Shown in pieces: positions 63,539 through 64,000 of a stretch of DNA of 64,000 bases. Each line of letters opens with the position of its first letter. Position 1 is the first letter of the stretch. A program made the position numbers and the translations under genes. Where the stretch lies: positions 291,335-355,334 of the forward strand of contig CAWISK010000010.1 of assembly GCA_963838805.1 (NCBI GenBank), read 5' to 3'. A model generated the notes under the pieces. The model was not told where the DNA came from. It saw only the letters and a program-made list of their open reading frames with translations, and did no database searches. Source of the DNA: an uncultured Pseudomonadota bacterium (lineage in GTDB: Bacteria > Pseudomonadota > Alphaproteobacteria > Acetobacterales > Acetobacteraceae).

Positions 63539-64000
63539 GCCAGCACCTCGGCCAATCCCGCGAAGATCGCCTCCAGCGACACGCGCACGGCCTTGTCCTG
63601 GCCCAACAACGCCTCGATCCTCGGCGCCAGCGCCAGCGACTCGTCCGCCGCCGCGTCGGCGCCCGGCTGGTATGCGCCCAGTCGCACAAGATCGGCCAGC
63701 TCCGCCTGCCGCCCCAAAATCGCCCGCGCACGGCGCATGAGGCGCGTTTCCTGGTCCGACAGGCAGCCCGGCACCGTGCGCGACAGCGAGCGCAGGATAT
63801 CCACGGCCGGGAACCGCCCGGCCTCGGCGATGCGCCGATCCAGCACCACATGCCCGTCGAGCAGCCCGCGCACTGCGTCCGCCACCGGCTCGTCGTGATC
63901 GTCCCCTTCGACCAGCACGGTGAAGATGCCCGTGATCTGGCCGCTCCCCTCAGGTCCGGGGCCGGCGCGTTCCAGCAATCGCGGCAACTCGCTGAACACG
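63535..64000 (-). CDS. fliI: flagellum-specific ATPase FliI, C-terminal part (5' end outside window)
   Basis: [55 protein letters not shown] is the conserved F1/T3SS-ATPase C-terminal region. The frame is open to the window edge. Confidence 0.9.
   Translation of the reverse strand, partial: [154 protein letters not shown]

Overview
High-GC (about 68-70% by eye) chromosomal segment. Gene content and synteny suggest an alphaproteobacterium, probably Rhodospirillales or Acetobacteraceae-like (inference). The window is almost fully coding.

Gene order:
- mgtC' (partial), then the minus-strand TCA block mdh-sucC-sucD-sucA-sucB-lpdA-pdxJ, then zapE.
- A six-gene accessory locus at 11.9-17.4 kb: 2OG oxygenase, SnoaL-like protein, adenylate-forming ligase, DUF3050 protein, TcmP-type methyltransferase and a carrier-protein/thioesterase didomain.
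- metY-metA, then proXWV.
- EVE and YciI proteins, then ccmCDEFGHI.
- An orphan tadE-tadE-tadG(VWA) trio.
- A 9-kb flagellar operon: fliF-fliG-fliH-fliN-flbD-flhA-flhF-flhG.
- TauE, Rrf2, HdeD and a membrane GDPD.
- An envelope and lipoprotein gene run.
- A radical SAM/SPASM enzyme with a Trp-saturated repeat peptide gene.
- tRNA-Ser(GGA) and lepA.
- A low-GC two-gene islet.
- pheT-pheS-rplT-rpmI.
- lrp plus the homogentisate pathway (hppD-maiA-hmgA-fahA).
- fliJ-fliI' (partial).

I saw no CRISPR array, IS element, integrase or rRNA.

The best candidates for undescribed biology are:
1. The WNNW/WRN-repeat RiPP precursor with its GrrM-like rSAM maturase (49.4-51.0 kb).
2. The carrier-protein/DUF3050 locus (11.9-17.4 kb).
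3. The low-GC two-gene islet between pheT and lepA (53.06-53.62 kb).

Caveat on sequence quality: at least about 20 single-base indels break otherwise intact genes, including essential ones (pheS, pheT, rplT, lepA, sucB). Many sit in G/C runs. The sequence therefore probably carries assembly or basecalling errors. I called those genes across frames and typed them pseudogene only because the frame is broken in the sequence as given.

All product calls rest on motif recognition from the supplied translations. No database search was run.
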